Positions 1 to 15,000 of a stretch of 64,000 bases of DNA are shown one piece after another (the stretch's first letter is position 1; each line of letters begins with the position of its first letter). The stretch comes from a virus, in the IMG/VR virus record IMGVR_UViG_3300020419_000005, one strand, 5' to 3'. The translations under genes and the position numbers were made by a program. The notes below the pieces were generated by a model. It was not told the DNA's origin. It was given only the letters and a program-made list of their open reading frames with translations, and did not search any database.

Positions 1-3000
1 ATACAGATGGGAATAGAGTTCCAACTGGTACTTTTGCTAATTGATATTGTGTATTACTTCCAATATCAGATATTGTTACTCCTTCTGGAGTTCCAGTTTC
101 ATTTGCAACAAATACGTAATTATTATTTGTATCAATTTCAGTAACTGTTACTGTCCAACCAATACTAATACCACCAGACTGAACCTGTAATACGTCACCA
201 ACATTAAATGTATCACTAACTCCAGTATCAGTAATTAATGCAGAATATGTAAGTCTTGTAATTTGTCTACCGTGTACATATTCACCGAAGTTAGGTAATG
301 TAACGAACGATTCAATCTCAATAATTTGATCAGTAACAGATCCATAGATAACGTCTTGGGGTTTAAACTCTCCAGTTACTGTGGAAATGTCGTAAGTGAT
401 TCTACCACTCTGATTATCAATTAGAGCACCATTATTGTTTCTAACAATTAGAGCAGTTGCTTTAGATCCAGTTGCAGTAGAGAAGAATTTATCAGTTGCA
501 ATAAACTCACCTTGACGGAAGTTAACAAGAACTCTATCGTGGTCACTAGCAAATGTACAAGTACCACCAGATGTAACACCTTCAATAGTATCACCTGGAG
601 TAAATGTTCCATTGTAATCAATTAGTTTAATATATGTCTCGTTGTCAGTAGCAAGAACTTTACCAGTATTTGATGTAGCACCTTGAACAACAACCATCTC
701 ACCATTCTGAATCTTGATTCCAGTTCCACCACCTTGTGCAGAGAATGTATTACAAGTCATATACTTCGCTTGATACATAATATCTGCTAGATTATCTTCC
801 ATACGAACAATCTGAGCAGTTGCATTTGATGTACCACCGTAGATAACATCAGCAAGGTTAAATCCTGCTTTGATTGGTGTTGGTACATCACGTGTTCCAT
901 AAGTTGTAGGTACACGATCTACACCTGGATCTACAGCAACAGCAAGTGTATGTAATTGTGATGCAAGACCTGGACTTAGAACTAATGGTTCACCATCAAT
1001 ATATTCTGTAAGAACTATCTTAGAAGATGTTGAATTTGGATGAATATAGTAAACTGTTCCATCAAGTTCTGGAATGTTAGATCCAAGAACAATATACTCA
1101 ACTCTGTCATATGGTTCAAAATTATTAGCAACATTAATAACTCCATCATAAACAGCAACACCTGCATCGAACTGTGTTCTTAGGTATGTTGTTGGGAATT
1201 GTGAGTATTGTAATGCAGTTAATATTAAATGGAATAATTGATGTAACTTATGAGATGCAGTTATAGTAGGACGTAATTCTCTATCAGGATTAGTTCCATC
1301 AAGTGAATAAAGAGGTTGGTTAGCATTTACACCAGGATCAGGTGCAGTTCCTAATAAGATATGATCCATCAACTCTTTAATCATTCTTGCGTGATAAAGA
1401 AGACGTGTTCTAAAGAGTGTTGGGTATGCTACAAAATTACCATCAGCATCAAACCAAGAGTTAACTAACTGTAAAGTTCTAGCATTACCGTTGGTAACAA
1501 AGTCATATACTATTGCATTTTGTATTGGAACAGCAAATGTAGCATCTCCTGCATATCCAGGATACTGAGTTAAAGTTTTTTCATATGATTCTAATTGAGT
1601 ATATGTGTCGTTATACTTTAACAATCTTGCAGATTGTTTATACATTTCTGTACCACTTCCAAGACCGTGAAGAAGAACTTTAAATAATACGTGTGCAGCA
1701 GATGTCACATCATAACAAGTTCCACCTTTATATACAGTGTTGGTAGTGACAGGTGCAGTTCTTGTTATAGTTGCAAGATGACTACCATTACCCGCAGCAG
1801 CAGTTTCAACAGTATTAATAAGTATCTCCCAAAGGGTATTAATCGCAGAACTTTGTGTGGTGCAGTTTCCACTACCTGCTGAATCGTAAGTTATAGAAAC
1901 ATCACGTCTAATAGCACGTTCACCTGTAAGCGGCCATTCAGTTGGTAATGTTCTTGTAATCCCAGTCATATATGCTGTAGGATTACTTGTATTACTACTA
2001 TCAAATAGATTGATAGGAATATTCATCAATGTTGTTATAGATGCTGCCTCGTTTACACAACGAACTCCACCACCACCAATAATGTATTTTATAGCATTGG
2101 TATTAGCACTTACAAATGCGTGTTGATGATTACCACCATATTCAACAGCACCAGAAACAGCACTTACAAATGTATGTGGATATTGTTCGCTTGTAGGTGC
2201 AGGGTTTACATTAACCTTAATACGTCCATCCTTAAATCTAACTCCATCAGTAGCACCAGATATAAATGTGTGAGTGTAATTTCCACCTGCACTGATTGCA
2301 TTTTGTGCAGCATTTACAAATGTATGAGTAGTTACGTTAGTAGATGGAGTTCTTCCAGATGCTAAAACATTAACTGTGATTGTTGTTTGACCAACTGCCT
2401 TAACTGTTAAAGGAACATCATATGCTCTATCTTTCTTCCAAGTAATATTGTTTGTACCAGAAGAAACATATGTGTGTGGTGTAGTATTTGTTGAAGGTAT
2501 TCCAGTAGATAATAAAACTTGAACTTTAAATGTGTTGAAGGTTACATCAGAAATTTCTAACCAAGAATCAGCAGCAGGGTCAGTAGCACGTGGATATGTA
2601 TGATTTGTTTGATTGTTATCTTGACCACAAGTAAATGTTAGAGAATCAGTTGCAATCTTAATTTGATCACCATTTACAAATCCGTGTTGAGGAACAGTCA
2701 ACTGCATCATACCTGTAGAAGGTTCATATACAGCACCAGTACTCTGATGTATTGTAGTTGTTGTTCTAGGATATGCGTGCTCAGTAGCATTACTATCTTC
2801 TGCACAAGTAAAGATCAATGAATTATCAGCAATCTTAATATGTGATCCAGGAACAAGACTATGATTACCGATTGTGATAACCATATCTCCTGTAGTAGGA
2901 CTGTACTGAACGTTAGATGGAGTATAATTTAAAGTATTTGTAGAACCAACGTTTACATCAAATGTATTTGTACTTACGTTACTGATTGTTAGATACTGGT

Positions 3001-6000
3001 TTGAAGCAGGATCACTAGGACGTGGATATGAATGAACACTATAATTGTTATCCATTGTACAAGTAAAGTTCAATGAATTATTAACAAGTCTTATCTGATC
3101 ACCATTACTAAATCCGTGCTGATTAACTGTAAGAGTCATAGCACCAGTAGTAGGTGAATATGTTGCTCCTGTTGCAGTAAATCCAGAATCACTTACTTCT
3201 AATACTTCTAGAGATTTACCACTAGCATAATCACTGGAACGAGGGTAAGAATGGTTAGTTGCATTACCATCTTTTGTACAAGTAAATGTAATTGCATTAT
3301 CAGGTAATTTAATGTGTCTACCAACATCAAGATTATTTGTACCAATATCTAAGAATAGATTTCCAGTTGCCTCTTCGTAAATTGCATTAGAAACATCGTG
3401 AGTTCCATTAGCAGTAGTTCCTACATTTACTGTAAATGTGTTAGTGGTTGTTGCTGTAATTGGTAGTAAAGCACCACTTGAAGGATCTAGAGAACGTGGA
3501 TATGTATGAGTAGTTGCATCATTATCAAAGTCGCAAGTAAATGTTAATGAATTAGGATTAATTTGAATACTATCACCTGTTGTTAATATGTGACCATTAA
3601 CAGTAAGTCTTAAGTTACCTGTGGTTGGGAAGTATTCTGCATTTGTTGGAGTTAAGTTACCTGTTTGTGTATTTGTTCCATCAATAGTAATACTTGAATC
3701 ATACTGAGCATATCCTTCTGTTACACCATTAATTGTAACAATTTGCTGCCTCATTATCTGTATTGCAATATCTCTTGCTTGCTCAAAGATATACTTAACT
3801 TCTGTTGCTTGATTACTAATATGCTGTATAGCATTTCCGACTGTAATGTAGAACTCACTTGAATACCACATACGGTTGTTACCACCGTGCTTTAAGTTGA
3901 ATACTAATGCTTCAAGTAAATCTACAACGTCATCAACACAAGACTGATAATTATAACCACCAGAGAATGCCAAACTAGCATACTGTGACATACCACGACC
4001 AACAGCAGTTGTAGCGATAAATCTTATATTATTTTCAATTTCATTTGCAGCATCATAGTAACCATTAGTTGTAGCATTATTATAATAATCAGGTCTCTGT
4101 ATTGCTTGTCCTAATCCACCTGTTGCTGTCTCACTCTCGTAGGGAGTAAACCCTAAACGGTTTCTGATGGTTAGGATTGACATATCTCTTGCTAACTTAA
4201 ACGCATAGATTGTCTCTTCAGATTGAGCACTTACGTGAGTTAACGCTAAGTCTGTATTTAAATATAATGCAGCAGCATCATAGGATTCACTGTTACCACC
4301 GAATCTTAAATCGTGTGCTACAGATTCAATAATATCAACAATATCATCTTCACAGTTGACCTTACCACCTGGAACTTTAAACTTCTTAGATTGTGCAAAA
4401 GATGTCTTAGTTAGAATATCAACTGCTTCACCTGCAATAGTCTTAGCATTTTGCTCTAAAAGATTAGCAGCGTCAAGATCTCTGTCAGATCCAGTATATG
4501 CTTTAGGATCTATTGTAATAGTATCGTCACGATAAACAGACTCATCTGTGTATAGCATCTGATAGTAATCAGAGAAATCGGCAGCAACTTGAGCAGGGTT
4601 TTCATTTCTACCAATCAATAAACCTTGTATTGCTTTTTGTGCCAACTTCTTAGCATATTCAATCGCATCAATCATTGCAAGCAATTCATCTTCAATATAG
4701 TTGATGTTAGTCTCATTATCGAGATAACTATCAATCATTGCTTGTGTTTCAAAGTTACCACCAGTGATCAAGTCACCTGCAATAGCAGGAAGTATATGAT
4801 CTCTAATATCTCTTACACATTTTGCTCTATTAGGTATTGTTAGTTTATTTACTGTTGAGAAACCAACTTGTACTTGATATTTGTTTTCAATATAAAATAC
4901 TGACTCATCAGCGATTGCTTTTCTATTAAAGTAAATTAAATCAGCACCATCTCTGAATCTATGACCTGTAGGTCCGATAACATCTAGTAGATCATCTACA
5001 AGAGTCATAATATCAGTTTGTATCTGTGAAGATGCAGGAGATGAGAAGTAATTAGGAACACGAACCTTATATGAATAAGTTCCATCTAATGTTGTTTCAT
5101 CTAATGTAATTACATCGATACAAAGTTTTGCAACTTCTCTCCAAGTATAGATTGACTGTAGTTGCTCACCACCAATATGTTGTAAAGAACCTGATCCTTC
5201 AATATAAGCACGACCAACAATAGTTGTTTGGAAGTTACCACCAGAAATTAAGTCATCAATAATAGCAGGTATGATGTATGCTTTTGTATCTCGTAAACAT
5301 ACATTAGAACCATACATTGATCCACCACCATCACCAGGAATTACAAAGTCTGGGTATCTTGCTCTTAAACGACCAACTGCTTCTTCAGCAATATAATCAA
5401 TATTCTTACGTATAACTTCAGCACATATTCTATATTCTTCACGACTAAGATCAACACCTTCAGTAGTAAGTTCAGAACGCCATAACTCAACTTCATCAGC
5501 AGTAGCAGTAGATATTATATGATCAACGTATGTTGCATATACTGCACTCTGTTCCATAGGGAATGGTGCTTCACCAAGAATTGCGAATGATATGTTTGTA
5601 CTACTTGTGAATACAATAGGGGGAGTAAAACTACTATTGTACTGGGAAATTCCTTTGCGAATAATAAGGTTATCAATCCAACCATTGAAAGGATTAGCAT
5701 TGTTCCATCCTGCACCAATAGTGATCTTACTATTTGCATTATAATTGTTTGTGTCAGTGTATGTACCCATCTGCTGACCATTTACAAACAGTTTAGTTAC
5801 ACTTGTAGAACGAGATACTGCAATATGATACCAGTTATTAATTGTAGTAATAGCAGAACTAACAGTAATTACATCACTTGCACCTATAGATAAACGAAGT
5901 GACTGACCAGACATTAATATGCCTAACTTAGTATCGGAAGATGACTCTCTAAGATCAATAAGTCTCTGTGTACCAGTAACAGAAGCAGGACGTATCCATA

Positions 6001-9000
6001 ACTCCATTGTATAATCACCAGTAGCAGCATCTGCTCCATCACCAAATAATACAGCGTCACTTGATGGGAAAGTAGCATAAGAACTTGTACCACTGAACTT
6101 CAATGAACCAGAATCAGTTTTAAATGTTAATTTATCTTGAGTTACATTCTGATATGTTAATTTAGAGTTGGTTATATACTCACCCTTTTGTAATACACCA
6201 CTAATCTGTTTAGAGAAGATCCATTTGTTACCTGCATTAGATCCAATAACATCATATGTTGCACCCGATGTAATTGCTTTTACAGTATCACCAAATACGA
6301 AGAATCCACCAGATGATTTATCTTGATAAGCGTGTTTAGCACAACGTAAAGTTTCTCCATCTACAAAAGCATAAGGAGGAAGAACACGAGGTACATTAGT
6401 AATAGACCACTGATATGTTGCAGGAGTGCCACCTGTAGGGTCCTCTAGAGTATCTGTAATGATTCTCATATAGGATGTTATAGCATTTGCCTGATTAACA
6501 CAACTATTAGTATATCCTGCTAATGCAGCAGAAGGTGCAGTCTCAGTTACTGCTGCTTGGAATGCTGCTACTGTTCCTGGAGATGCAGTTGATCCAAGAT
6601 TAGTAATCAGAATATTCATTAACGTGATAATTGCTGATTCTACAGTTGTTTCATCAGCGAGTTCTGTGCCAGTTACCTGATTCCAATTATGAGATCCTGC
6701 TTTAGTCCAAGAATCATTTTTCATTACTACAATAGCAATCTCTCTTGCCTTAGTAAAAGCATTTACAATGGTATCTCTATCACCAGATGTTACACCATAC
6801 TGTAGAGTTTTCTTAGTTGCTTTATATACAAAGTTATTACCACCGTGTGCCAAGTTATAAACCATTGCTTCAAGAACATCAACAATATCAGATAAGCAAT
6901 GAACATCTCCACCCGATACGTTATATCCTGGATTTTGTGTCTTAGCATAATGTAATGCTTCATATGCAATAAACCATTTGTTATTAAGAATTAGATCTCT
7001 TGCACCACTGTGACTAGCACTTATAACATCAAACTCTGCTGTAATAGTAGGATCTTTATATTGTGGTAAAGTGGTTGTATTTACACTGATAACTTCATTA
7101 CGGATACATTGTATTGCTAGATCACGTGCTTTATTAAATGCGTATATTGTTTGTGCTACCTCACCATCAACGTGATAGATTGCATTACCCTGTACATATG
7201 TACTAGCAGCATCCCAGATCTCTGAGTTACCATCAACTTCTAATTGATATGCAACTATGTTTAGAATATCTACAATATCATCTTCACAATCTCTGTCTCC
7301 ACCTAATGATGGGACTGTAAATGATGGATAAAATGCTTTCATCAATCCAACTGCTTCTTCAGCAATGAATCTAGCATTCTTTCTTATCAATACAGCAGCA
7401 TCAAATGAACGTTGATCGTCTACACCTACTAATGAAGCGTTATCATAGTAGATTTGTTTGTTACGTATTGAGTCACCTGCTGTAAATTGTGATCCTGACA
7501 AGTAATTATATCTAATTTCTTGGTTTCTTACCTCTTCAAAGTCTAAGAAGTCTTGGTTATTAGCAGTTCCTTCATTATATAATTCTTCTGGGTTAATAAC
7601 TGTCTCAGAAATGTTATCTAAGATAGTATTTGGATAGGTAATTGAAGGAACACGTTGGAATATAAGACCAAAGAATGATGATGGAGGTGATAAATCAACA
7701 GTATCAATGATTTGTTGAGATGTATCATCGGTATATGGTGCAATTACAGAGACTCTTGCAGCAATTTTAGATGCAGCAGAGTATATTGTGTCGTTAAATT
7801 TGATATTAAAGTCACCAGTTTCAAATTCAGAGGTACCAGATGTACGAGAAACCACTAATCTAGCATCTACAGTACCATCTCTAAGGTTATTTTCTTCAAT
7901 TATTGCAAAATCACCTGCCAAATTGGTTATTCTTTCACCTTGTTCGTAAATTGTCTTGCTAGTTAGACCATTTACAGCACTTAATACACCATCAAATCCA
8001 GTAGATGATGCTAAAACATTGTCATTTATTTGGAAAGTACCTGCTTGATCAATAATATCGATATAATCTACACCAGTATCAATAACAATAGCAGTTCCTT
8101 CATTCTGTAATGATCTTATAGGTTTTCCTGTTGTTGGGAAGATACCAGATGTTGAACTAAATGTGAATCTTGTTATATTAATTTGAGAGAATGTAAGATT
8201 TCTAAACTTAATTCTTGAAGGTGCTTTAGGTGGTTCAGAAAATACAACAGATGGACCAGATGTTGTAAATGCAGTTCCAGGTGACTGAGCAACACCATTA
8301 ATAAGAATCAATAATTGATCATCAGTTGCAGTTACAGAATCACCTTCTACTGTCAATGCAAATTGTGTCTTAACACCATTAAAATCATTGTCAATATTAT
8401 CAAGTTTTTTAACAATAGAAGTTAAAATTTCTTCAGAGTTAGTAAGTCTTCTTTGTCTGAATAGTACTTCAGTATTATTAAACTCTGTATATATTGGTTG
8501 TGAGTTAGCAAAAGATGTAATCTTATTAATATTAGTAGCACTAAAGATATTAACTTCTTTAACAAGATCAGATACAACTTTTCTTCCTGATATATCTTTA
8601 CCTGCTGCAAGTGATAATTCACCAAACATATTAAATCCAGTTGGGTGATTAGTTTCAAGAATACTCTTTCTCCATTCGTTAATAGGAGTTTGAGATTTAA
8701 TAACATATGAGAAGTTTTGGTAGAAATAAGAGTCTTGAATCTTCTGTACAATCTCTGATGGTTTACCAACGTCATCAATAAATTGACCAGTGGTAGTTGT
8801 CATTGAGTCAATATTCAATGTACCACGAGCAATAGATAAATTATCGATCAAACCAGATGCACGAGATACCTGTGCAGTTACACGTTCTCCAATAGTCCAA
8901 GTTCCAGTATAATTTTCTAATTTAAGTATTCTAGGTCCAATCTGCCAACCTTCATTTTCGGAAACATATCCTGTTGCAGTAGCAGTTTCTAGAGATGAAC

Positions 9001-12000
9001 CTTGATATACAAGTTCTCCTCTTAAGAAACGAGATGTTTCTACAATAGCAGTTGCTAAACCACCAAATACCTCAGTAAGAAGAATCTGACGACCATCACC
9101 CTGAGTCAAGAATGTTATAAAGTTACCAGACTCAGCATCAACTTGTGTCAATGCTATTCTAAGTTGATCTGCTTCAAGTGAATTTGCTTCACCTGCAATA
9201 GCATAGTAAGTAGTTGTAGAACTTAAACTGACCAAACCTGCTGAACTTGGTTTTGGTAGAATTCCAATAGTAGATCCTAAGTCTTCTGCTCTAAGTTGAA
9301 CAGCAGCACCAGTTGTAATACCGTGTGGGAAGTTAAATTGTAGATAACCTAAATCAAGGTTTACAACATAGTTAAATTCTGATTTAAGTGTTACAGATGG
9401 TTCAGAAGAATATCCAGATCCAGGATTCTTAATTATGATTTCATTAAGTCTATTATTTTTGATTATTGCTTCTGCTTCAGCACCTGATCCACCACCACCT
9501 TCAATAACAACTCTAGGAACTGATGTATAACCAGAACCAGGATTAGTGATCTTAATTTCTGATAAAAGAGCAGTATTGAATAGTTGTAAGTTAACTGGGA
9601 ATGTGATCTCAGGACGTAAGGTGTAATCGTGTGAATATCCGAAACCAAATTCATTATTCTTAAGTTTCTTAATCTTACCAATACTTGCACCTTGTAAAAA
9701 TACAGATGCACCAGATCCTTCATTAGGAATTACAACTTCTAAGTTACCACCAGAACCTTGTAATAAATTACCTAAAATTCCTGGAATTGTATCAATATCA
9801 ATAGATGCTGTTGTGTATCCTTTACCTGGAGATGTCAATACAACATTAGTAATAACACCAGTTAATTCACCATCATCTGAAACTGTAATATTACATAAAC
9901 CACCTTCACCGTCTCCTGCAATATTAACGTTATAATAGATGCCATTAATATATTCTGTACCACCAGATAAGATACGAATTTTCTCAATTTCTCTATCAGA
10001 TGATATATCAGTAACAATAGGTAACTTCTGATAGAAACCACCTGGGTTTACAAGTTTAATATTTGAAATAGGACCTATTGCTTTAGTAGAAGTTGTACTA
10101 TAAGATGCTCTTGTAAGTCCTGTCTCAGTTGTTCCTAAAGGAGCATTTGTTTTTTCTGGTTCTACAAGAAGTGGGAATGTAAATTCAGTATCAGATAATA
10201 TTGCATTAATTCTAAATGTACCTTTATAAGGAGTTTGTATAACGTCAATAAATGATGCTTCACCTACAGGAGAATTAGATGGAAGAGTTCTTGATGGATC
10301 AAAGTAATATGAAATGTTAGTAACATCGTCATCAACAATAAACTTAACAAGTGGTTTAGGTGATGTTTGGTCAGTTAAACCTGGGATACCTTCTCTAACA
10401 ATGTTTACAAAAGGATATTCCAATTTATATTGATTATCCTTAGAGAATGACATATAATATCCAAGGTTAGATGGATCATCAAGGTCAAATATGTACTGAT
10501 GGCGACGAACAAATAATAATTCTGGATGTTTAGCGTAAATATTAACACTTCCAATAGTAGAACTTACAAATGTAGGATCTTGTACAGCAGTTGATCTTAA
10601 ACGATATATAAATCTTCTGCTATCGAGAACCTCTTCTACAAAGAATGATCCACCATATTCAGTTGTTGTAAATCCTTCAACAAATATAATTTCGTTTGCA
10701 GTAAAGTTATGCTTACTATTAGCAACACAGAATACTAAATCTGTAAATGTTAGTGCACCAGATGGTATAACATCTTTTGCAAGGTTAGATGTAAGGTGGA
10801 ATTTCTTAACACCAACTAAACCTGCTATTGTTATAATTTTACCAGTCGCATCAAATGTGGCACTTATACCTACAGCAGCAGCGTCAAGAGTGTCTCCTTT
10901 AATAAAGTTTGAATCTTCATATACTCCTTCAATTTTTATAATATAATCTTCAGCAACAAATGGTTTCCAAGTAGCAAATTGTCCTAGATTACCACTAGAG
11001 TATGAAGTGTTTGCTAAATCAACATTAAAACTACCCGCAGGACGAGTATATATCCAGTTGATACTTCCATCAGTTACTGTACCAACAGTATGAACAGGAG
11101 CAGTAGCACCAGAAACTGCTGTTGTCCCTGATGTATAAATCTTACCTGCATTGTAAACTTCATCTCCAGTTGTATAGTTGTTATTTGTAACCCACTGAGG
11201 TATTGTTGTCTCAACTAAGAATGTTTGTGCTATTGTGTTTACATCATTTACACTAGATTTAAGTAATTTTGTAGTATCAAATGTACCAATAATATTACCA
11301 ATGTCAACACTATTGGTTCCAACGTTTACTATAGTACCGTATGCACTAATTACATCTTGTCCACCAATTACAGAATACTGTTGTAATAAAGATCCTTTTG
11401 TAAATGTTGCTGCCTGATTAAATGTTACAGTCTTAACAGCATCAATAGACTGATATACTGCATCACGAATATAGAACTTAGGAATAACAGTTGTACTTAA
11501 TAGTAATTTTTTACCTAGAGGAGTTGGAATAGTAGCAGTTCTAGTTTCATATATTTGATCTGTAGATGCAAATGAGTAAGTTCCTTCAACATTATTTGAT
11601 ACAACATCAGCATAATCAAGTATTTGTAGACCCGCAGGACCTAATGCCCAATCTCCAGATGTAATCACTTGGGTATTAAACGTAAAGTCGTTCACAGCGG
11701 CTGCGACTGTAATCTGCATACCAGTTTGAACAGTACTTAATGTGAATGTTCCAGTCTTAGTTTGTTCTCTATCTAATTTAAAGCAGAATCCAGATACCTT
11801 TTTATTAGATCCAACTGCTTGTGCAGGAGTAAATGTATCACTATATTTTGCAAGTGTTGATACCGATATGTTATCAATATAACCTTTAATAGATGAAGCA
11901 ACTACAGGACTTGATTTACCGAATAAGAATACTGACTTAAGTTGTGTATCAACAGTTGTACTTGTTACACTAAGTTGCTCTATACCATTAGCAAATACTT

Positions 12001-15000
12001 TATAAACATATGTACCAACACCAGGACTTGACTTAACAAGAGCAACGTGTACCCACGCTTCATTATTAAATGTTGTCCAGTTAGTAGTAGATGTTGAGTA
12101 ATAAGTATTAGATCCTAATTTTAAAATATATTTACCGAAATTAGCACTACCTGATACACCATCAAGTTCTACTGTTGCGTTATCACCTGCATTTGGAACT
12201 ACTTGTATAATTTGTGGTGTAGTTGCTTGAGCAGCGTATTGTGCTGCACCTATAGCAATCCAAGATTCAATAGTATATGTTGATGATACATCAGCACCCC
12301 AATCTAATGATAATCTTCTAGCAGCAGAAGTAGTATCAGCAGATTGAGCACCGTACTTAAACTTTGATGTAGATAACGCAGGATCACTATTCCATCCTGC
12401 TGTTAAAGTATTATTAAAGGTTTCATCTTCATTTACAGTTGATTCAAAATTTGAAATGAATAATTCATTTGATTCAATCTTATCACCTGCAATTAAAGTA
12501 TCACCAGAATTATCATTTGTAACTGTGGTTGGTTGGAAACCAATACCACTAACCTGTTTTACAGATGAAGCAGTTAGTATATTACTTGTATTCCAAGAAA
12601 CTTTAAATATAATTGCTCTATGATCGTTGAAAGCATATTTAACATATGCACCAACATCAACATTACCAAATATATCAAATTGTACTCCAGTTGATTGTAT
12701 ATCTTCAAATGTTGCATTAGGAGCAAGCATTTTAACTACTGAAGGTGTCTTATAATCAGTAGGTGCAAACTTCATATACAAAATACCTACATTTTTAGTA
12801 TTTGCTATTGAGTATGCTGTGGCAGTTACATATCTAGAACCATAGTCATCAACAGTAATTCTAGGATTACTGAATCTATATGATGTATTACCAAACTGTC
12901 TACTCCACTGAACTTCAATAGTAGCAGTATCATAATAAGTCTCACCAACTACTATTTCACCAGTTCCCGCAGGATCATTAACACCAACAAATATACAAGT
13001 GTCATTACTTACAAATTTAAGGTCTGTCATCTGTTCAGATCCAGATGTAGTACAGATCTTACGTTTTTCTTTAATAGCACCCTGTGAGTCTAATAAAGCA
13101 ATCCACATATCATCTGGATTAGGTGAGTTAGTATCTGTTGTACCACCAATATAAATCTGACCATCAGAGTCAATAGTCAAAGATGTTATGTAATCTCTTC
13201 TAGTAGAACCAGATATACCCGCAATTTCACGTTGCCATACAGGAACAGCAGTAGGATTATTGAATCCATCAAATCCAGAAGTATATTTAGCAACAACTAG
13301 ATCAGGATTATATGTAAGGTTTACAGAATTAGGTATTGTTTCACCTACAACGTAAATTGAATGTGGAGATGTATTCTCTAAGTAAATTTTATTAAATACA
13401 CAACGTTTATTACCAGAAGCAGGTTGTAATGGTGCCATTGTTCTTGTCCATAACAATCTACCATCACTATTAAACTTAGCAATCAATCCTGCCGAATCAC
13501 CGTCAAGATCATCTGCTTCACCAACAACATAGAAAGTTCTATCATCAGCGATAGCAATATCTTTAATTTTTACAATTTTTTCAATACTACTGTTTTCATC
13601 TAATAATGTAAGAGCATAATTTGCTTTTTTATATCTTTGTGGATGAGAAACTCTAACTTCTGGAGGACTTGATGCAGAATATGCAGATCCAGAGTTTATA
13701 ATGTTGACATTATTAACAGCACCTGATTCCTCTCTAACAAGTTGCAATCTAAAATCTTGACCAGTTCCACTTACTATTTCATAATTGGGTGGAATATCTT
13801 CATTATATCCAAGACCTTGTTGACTTATAGTGACAGTTTCAACACCTGCTACAACTTTTACTCTAAAAGTTTTATTAGTTTGATCAATAATAGGAATACT
13901 ATCGACAATAATCTCATCACCGACTCTTAAATCGTGCTCATCAGCAGTTGTAATCTTTGCTAATGGTGAATCACCAGACATAGATGATGTGTACTGAGAA
14001 ACAGTAATACCTTTTACAGACTCAACTTTAGCAGATGCACCATATCCACCAGTGTCAGCATTATCAAAGAATAATTTATCGTTAACTTTATAAGATATAC
14101 CTGGGTTTTCAACCACAAATCCACTGATTTTAGCGTCTTCAAACTTAGTAGTAGTATCAATCTCAATATCAACTTGTGATCTTGTAGATACTCTAGGGTA
14201 GTAATCAAATAATTGCAGTACAGGTTCTTCTGAAATATAATTTAATTCGTTTTGTTCTAATGTTGATATAACACCATCTCTGTTTGTATCTTCTATTTCA
14301 AAAATAAATTCATCTCCAAGTTCAGTTACAAGAGTATCTGTGTCTTGGTTTGGTGTACGGTCAATGTCAATGTCCACATCTTCATATGGATCACGGAATC
14401 TAACAACATCAGCAGGAATATTTGTTTGTACAGCATCTTGACTGTAATTCCAAGTATCTGGTTGTGAGTATAATTGTGGACCACATATGTATGGGAATAT
14501 AGGTAAACCTGCTTCTGATGCGTCTATAGAAACAAAGTAAGCGTAAGTACCTTCAGGATATTCAGGTGTCTTACAAAAACGTCCATTATATTGGTCTAAA
14601 TCACCATCTTGGAACACATACTCATAATCTTCTATGTAAGTTCCTGCGGGTTTATCTGATAATAAAGGTCCATCAGTACGAACTGGATTAGGGTTAGTAG
14701 CACTATCAAATAACAGTATTGGTTTTACTCTATAAGAAGATACACATCTTTTAATTCCAGATGACTGATCAGCAGCATCAATATAACCATATGGTCCGTA
14801 TATTGGGTTTCCATCAAATGCCCAACCAATAATAGGAGAGTGTCTTAATCCAGATGAAAGTTCTCTAAGATTTCCTGTTGCAGGATCTTTAAATACATTA
14901 TCACCAAGTACATAACGTAATTGTTTAGGATCTGATAAGTGAGCATATTCACCACCGTATTGAGTGTTATAACCTGCAAACACATAACCACGAGAAGGAT

